A stretch of DNA of 61,332 nucleotides from positions 1 to 61,332 of the forward strand of contig CALRCE010000004.1 in assembly GCA_943354505.1 (NCBI GenBank). The letters run 5' to 3'. Position 1 is the stretch's first letter. Each line of letters starts with the position of its first letter. The translations under genes were made by a program, and so were the position numbers. The DNA is from Candidatus Peribacteria bacterium. Lineage in GTDB: Bacteria > Patescibacteriota > Gracilibacteria > UBA1369 > 2-02-FULL-48-14. The notes below the pieces were generated by a model that saw only the letters and a list, made by a program, of their open reading frames with translations, ran no database searches and was not told the DNA's origin. Below, piece after piece: positions 58,119 to 61,332 of this stretch.

Positions 58119-58928
58119 CTAGCTATTCTTAAACGTTCCAAAGCCTTTCACCAGCAGGGCGGCGGCAAACCAGAAGACGTTCATGAGGACGATGGCGCTG
58201 CCGCTGGGGATGTTGAGGTAGTATGAAATGATGAGTCCAGACCAGACCGAGAGCAGAGCAAAAATGATGGAGACCAGCACGCTGCTGCGGGCGCTTTTGC
58301 AGAGGGTGATGGCGATGAGCACGGGGATGACCATCATGGCGCCAATGAGCAGTCCACCTACGATTTTAAGGGACTGAGAAACCATGAGCCCCGTGAGTAC
58401 GGCGAGCAGATTTTTGAGCATTTTGGTGTTGAGGCCACGGGTGGAGGTGAGTTCTTCGGAGAACGAAAGCGAGAGGAAGGACCACCAATAGGCGAGGATG
58501 AGGCCGATCATGGCGAGACTCGTGAGGAGCAAGATCCAGACTTCGTTGGCGGTGACGGTGATGAGACTTCCGAATAGATAGTTTTCAAAATTGATGGAGG
58601 CCCCTTTGACGCGGACCAGGGCCACGGCGAGGGCAAGACCTCCGGAGAGGAACAAGGCGAGCACGGCGTCGGCGGAGAAGCGGTGGTTCTTCATGAGGTA
58701 TTCCACTCCCAAGGCGGCGAGCAAGGCCACGGCGACGGCTCCCCACGTTGGGGAGATGCCGAGGATCACTCCGATGCCCACTCCAGCGAGCGCGGCATGA
58801 GCCAGGGTGTCAGCGATGAGACTGGTGTTGCGAGCCACCACAAAAATTCCGAGCAAAGGCGCCACAACGGCAATGAGGCTGCCGGCGAGCAGAGCGCGAA
58901 CCATGAAACTGTATTCAAAAATACTCAT
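58119..58928 (-). CDS. znuB: Zn ABC transporter permease
   Basis: DTLAHAALAG, YLFGSL, VGGLL...P, PSGSAIV. Confidence 0.9.
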   Translation of the reverse strand: MSIFEYSFMVRALLAGSLIAVVAPLLGIFVVARNTSLIADTLAHAALAGVGIGVILGISPTWGAVAVALLAALGVEYLMKNHRFSADAVLALFLSGGLALAVALVRVKGASINFENYLFGSLITVTANEVWILLLTSLAMIGLILAYWWSFLSLSFSEELTSTRGLNTKMLKNLLAVLTGLMVSQSLKIVGGLLIGAMMVIPVLIAITLCKSARSSVLVSIIFALLSVWSGLIISYYLNIPSGSAIVLMNVFWFAAALLVKGFGTFKNS

Positions 58929-58931
58929 TGT

Positions 58932-59678
58932 TTAGTGAGAGTGATGGTGAACGGCTTTGGCGTCGCCAAAAAATTCGGACCAGTTGTGGGCTTCGGAAAG
59001 TTCGGAGGTTTTGCAGTTCATGTAAATGCTTTGATTGAGACAGAGCACGCGAGACACTTGCTTGGCCACCATTTCTAAATCGTGAGTGACGAGCACCACC
59101 GTGAGTCCTTTTTTGTTGAGTTGGCTGAGCAACTTATAGAAGGTGGCTTGGGAGGGTTGATCCACGGCACTGAGCGGTTCATCCAAAAATAAAATGTCGG
59201 GGTTTCCGACTAAGGCTCGCGCGATGATCACACGCTGACGTTCACCTCCGGAGAGTTTGTGGAAGGATTCTTTTTCGGTGCCTTTCATGCCCACGAGATC
59301 CAGTTTTTCGTGCACACGTTTCCATTCTCGTTTGCTGAGCGTGCCCCAAAATCCTGGGCGTACGACTCCTGTTGCAACGACTTCTTCAATCGTGATGGGG
59401 AAGGTGAACTTTTGACCTAAAAAAGTTTGAGGAACGTAACCGATGGATTCACGGGACTTGGGATCATCGGCTGGCTTTCCGTAGACTTTGACTTCGCCAC
59501 GCGTGGGTTTGAGCAAGCCGAGCATGCTGAGCAGCAGCGTGGTTTTTCCTCCCCCGTTGGGTCCCACAATGCCCACGTATTCTCCGTCTTTGATTGTAAA
59601 ACTGACACGATCCAAGATGGAGTTTCCATCGCGAACGATGCTGAGGTCTTTGACTTGGATGAGAGGAGCTGAGGCCAT
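58932..59678 (-). CDS. znuC: Zn ABC transporter ATPase
   Basis: GPNGGGKT, YVPQ, LSGGERQR, LDEP, THD; His-rich tail. Confidence 0.92.
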   Translation of the reverse strand: MASAPLIQVKDLSIVRDGNSILDRVSFTIKDGEYVGIVGPNGGGKTTLLLSMLGLLKPTRGEVKVYGKPADDPKSRESIGYVPQTFLGQKFTFPITIEEVVATGVVRPGFWGTLSKREWKRVHEKLDLVGMKGTEKESFHKLSGGERQRVIIARALVGNPDILFLDEPLSAVDQPSQATFYKLLSQLNKKGLTVVLVTHDLEMVAKQVSRVLCLNQSIYMNCKTSELSEAHNWSEFFGDAKAVHHHSH

Positions 59679-59691
59679 TTCAGAAAGAGAA

Positions 59692-60603
59692 TTATTGACA
59701 CGCCAGGGCCAATTTTAGATTGACTAAGTTGGCTTGCATCAAGGTGAAGTAGGTTTGCTCGTTTTGTGCTTCTTCCACCGTCAATCCTTCGATGGGATTG
59801 AAAATCAGAGGCGTGAGATCAGCTTCGTCGGCGAGAGTTTCTGCGACGTCAGGATTTGCGAGTGTTTCGAAGAAAATGTACTTGCTTTCGTTCTGTTTTG
59901 CAAAGTCTGCGAGTTCCGTGAGTCGATTGGCCGAGGGTTCGTCTTCAGGGGAGAGCCCGGAGACTGAAATGGTTTCGATTCCGTAGCGTTCCGCGAGGTA
60001 ATGAAAAGCGTCGTGAGAAACGAGAATCGTTTTGTTTTCGCAACTTGCCAAACCCGCTTGGTAGGTTTCGTGGAGCGTTTGCAATTCACGGATGAGCGTT
60101 TCCGCATTGGCTGAGTAGAGTGCCTCGGACTCGGGATCCGCCTTTGAGAAAGCGTCCAAGACCATGGACACCATTTCTTCCATCATCAGAGGGTCGAGCC
60201 ATGTGTGAGGATCGTAGCTGTTGTCGGTGGCGTTCATTTGTCCTTCTTGAGAAAACTGCACGATGGGCAAGCGGCTGTTCACTTCCACCGCCACCACTCC
60301 TTTTGAATCCAGCTCGGTTTTTAAGTCTTCCATCCAGGGTTCAAACCCTTGTCCCATGTAGAGCGCCACGTCTGCGTCGGTCACGGCAACGATTTGACGA
60401 GGACTGGGTTCGAAGTCGTGAGGCTCACCGCCCACGGGCACGAGGTTGGTGACTTGGACTTGATCGCCGCCGATGCGTTCTGCGAGGTAGGCCAAAGGAT
60501 AAAAGGTGGTCACCACTTTTAAAGTGCCCGGCTGGGAGGAGGAGGCGCCACAGGCACTCAGGAGCAGTGCGGAGGTCAATAAGAGTGTGAGTGTTTTTTT
60601 CAT
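59692..60603 (-). CDS. znuA: Zn ABC transporter substrate-binding lipoprotein
   Basis: LSAC lipobox, EPHDFEP, DPHTWLDP, HDAFHY, EPSA. Confidence 0.92.
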   Translation of the reverse strand: MKKTLTLLLTSALLLSACGASSSQPGTLKVVTTFYPLAYLAERIGGDQVQVTNLVPVGGEPHDFEPSPRQIVAVTDADVALYMGQGFEPWMEDLKTELDSKGVVAVEVNSRLPIVQFSQEGQMNATDNSYDPHTWLDPLMMEEMVSMVLDAFSKADPESEALYSANAETLIRELQTLHETYQAGLASCENKTILVSHDAFHYLAERYGIETISVSGLSPEDEPSANRLTELADFAKQNESKYIFFETLANPDVAETLADEADLTPLIFNPIEGLTVEEAQNEQTYFTLMQANLVNLKLALACQ

Positions 60604-60611
60604 GGTGGATT

Positions 60612-61037
60612 TTATTTAGAACAGGAAGCACAGAGTCCAAAAAATTCTAACACGTGGGACTGAATTTGAAAGTTTCTTTTACGTTGAATCTTTTTCTCTA
60701 AAACTTCAAGTTCATTGTCCATCTCAACTTCATCGATGGCTTCGCAACGCAGGCAAACCAAGTGGTGATGGTGCTTTTTAAAACTGAGTTCAAAGAATCT
60801 TTTTTTGGGCTGAAGTTTCACTTCTTGAATCACGGCTTCTTGCACCAAAAAATCCAACTCCCGGTAGAGGGTGGAAGGGTCTGCGGTCACTCGTTTGCGT
60901 TTCAATTTTTTTTGGATTTCTTCGGCTGAAAGGGGATGGGCTTCACTTAAAAAAAGTTCCAAAAGAGCACTGCGATTTTTGGTCATGCGGTAACCTTGTT
61001 TCTTCCAACGTGCGAAATGGGACTCTAGGATGTTCAT
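60612..61037 (-). CDS. zur: Fur-family regulator, Zur by context
   Basis: STLYREL, HHHHLVCLRC, GLCASC; heads the znuACB operon. Confidence 0.85.
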   Translation of the reverse strand: MNILESHFARWKKQGYRMTKNRSALLELFLSEAHPLSAEEIQKKLKRKRVTADPSTLYRELDFLVQEAVIQEVKLQPKKRFFELSFKKHHHHLVCLRCEAIDEVEMDNELEVLEKKIQRKRNFQIQSHVLEFFGLCASCSK

Positions 61038-61059
61038 TTTTTAACAGATTTGTTTGCAC

Positions 61060-61084
61060 ACTAATGCAAGTCACTTGCATTAGT
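61060..61084. promoter_or_regulatory. Zur/Fur box overlapping the operon promoter
   Basis: Perfect 12-1-12 palindrome ACTAATGCAAGT-C-ACTTGCATTAGT within minus-strand TTGACT-N18-TAGTGT. Confidence 0.8.
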
Positions 61085-61148
61085 CAAGCTTTTGTCAGGA
61101 CTTTTTTGTGGGGTGGAATTTATACTGGAACAAATCAACCCCAATCCT

Positions 61149-61332
61149 GTGATTCAAAAACTTTTTCGCACCGATCCACGCTATCCTCCTTTGCTCGCGG
61201 CTTTGTATTCCGCGCCTGAAGTCCTTTATTACGAAGGGGATTTGAGTGTCTTAGAAGCTCCTTGCCTGGCAGTGGTGGGCACGCGACGGTGCACGGCTCG
61301 CGGAGAAACCACCACCGTGCGCTTTGCGGAAA
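61149..61332 (+). CDS. dprA: DNA-processing protein DprA, N-terminal part (runs off the right edge)
   Basis: Manual translation: DPRYPPLL...PEVLYYEGD...LAVVGTRRCT; start may be GTG 61113 or 61149. Confidence 0.9.
   Translation, partial: MIQKLFRTDPRYPPLLAALYSAPEVLYYEGDLSVLEAPCLAVVGTRRCTARGETTTVRFAE

Noticed and set aside
1-61332. Alternative genetic code 25 (TGA=Gly)
   Set aside because: Conserved genes are full-length in code 11, and several end at TGA (ahcY, dnaJ, gdhA, murG).

Overview
A 61 kb gene-dense chromosomal segment that looks like a CPR/Patescibacteria genome, most likely Peregrinibacteria-like (inference from SD-less starts, SLH S-layer, DUF4012, short AlaRS, and TGA used as stop, i.e. 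code 11). Housekeeping content: purH (partial), yidD, LysM/M23 peptidase, mutL, alaS, miaB, ftsW-murG, lspA, aroE-like, pgeF, metK-ahcY, dnaJ, gdhA, ppdK, NAD kinase, purM, zur-znuACB, dprA (partial), tRNA-Glu(CTC) and tRNA-Lys(TTT). It also holds four GT4 glycosyltransferases, a 1266-aa acidic S-layer protein and scattered accessory genes (HNH, Fic, HEPN/MNT pair, PemK remnant, ORFans with their own promoters). No CRISPR array, rRNA, integrase or transposase was seen. Best leads: (1) a putative nuclease gene with a convergent ~60-nt structured sRNA that has its own promoter (candidate RNA-antitoxin system, 57611-58111); (2) an HTH/coiled-coil/amphipathic-helix gene behind a dense array of palindromic sites, plus a related dispersed hexamer (candidate one-protein DNA tethering system, 42347-43075); (3) a WxL-like surface protein with Cys/His 'TNAH' repeats next to a DUF916-like partner; (4) a 104-bp TA-flanked MITE-like element; (5) an unannotated 34-aa hydrophobic peptide behind an ECF-sigma-like promoter. 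All calls come from reading motifs by eye; no database searches were run.
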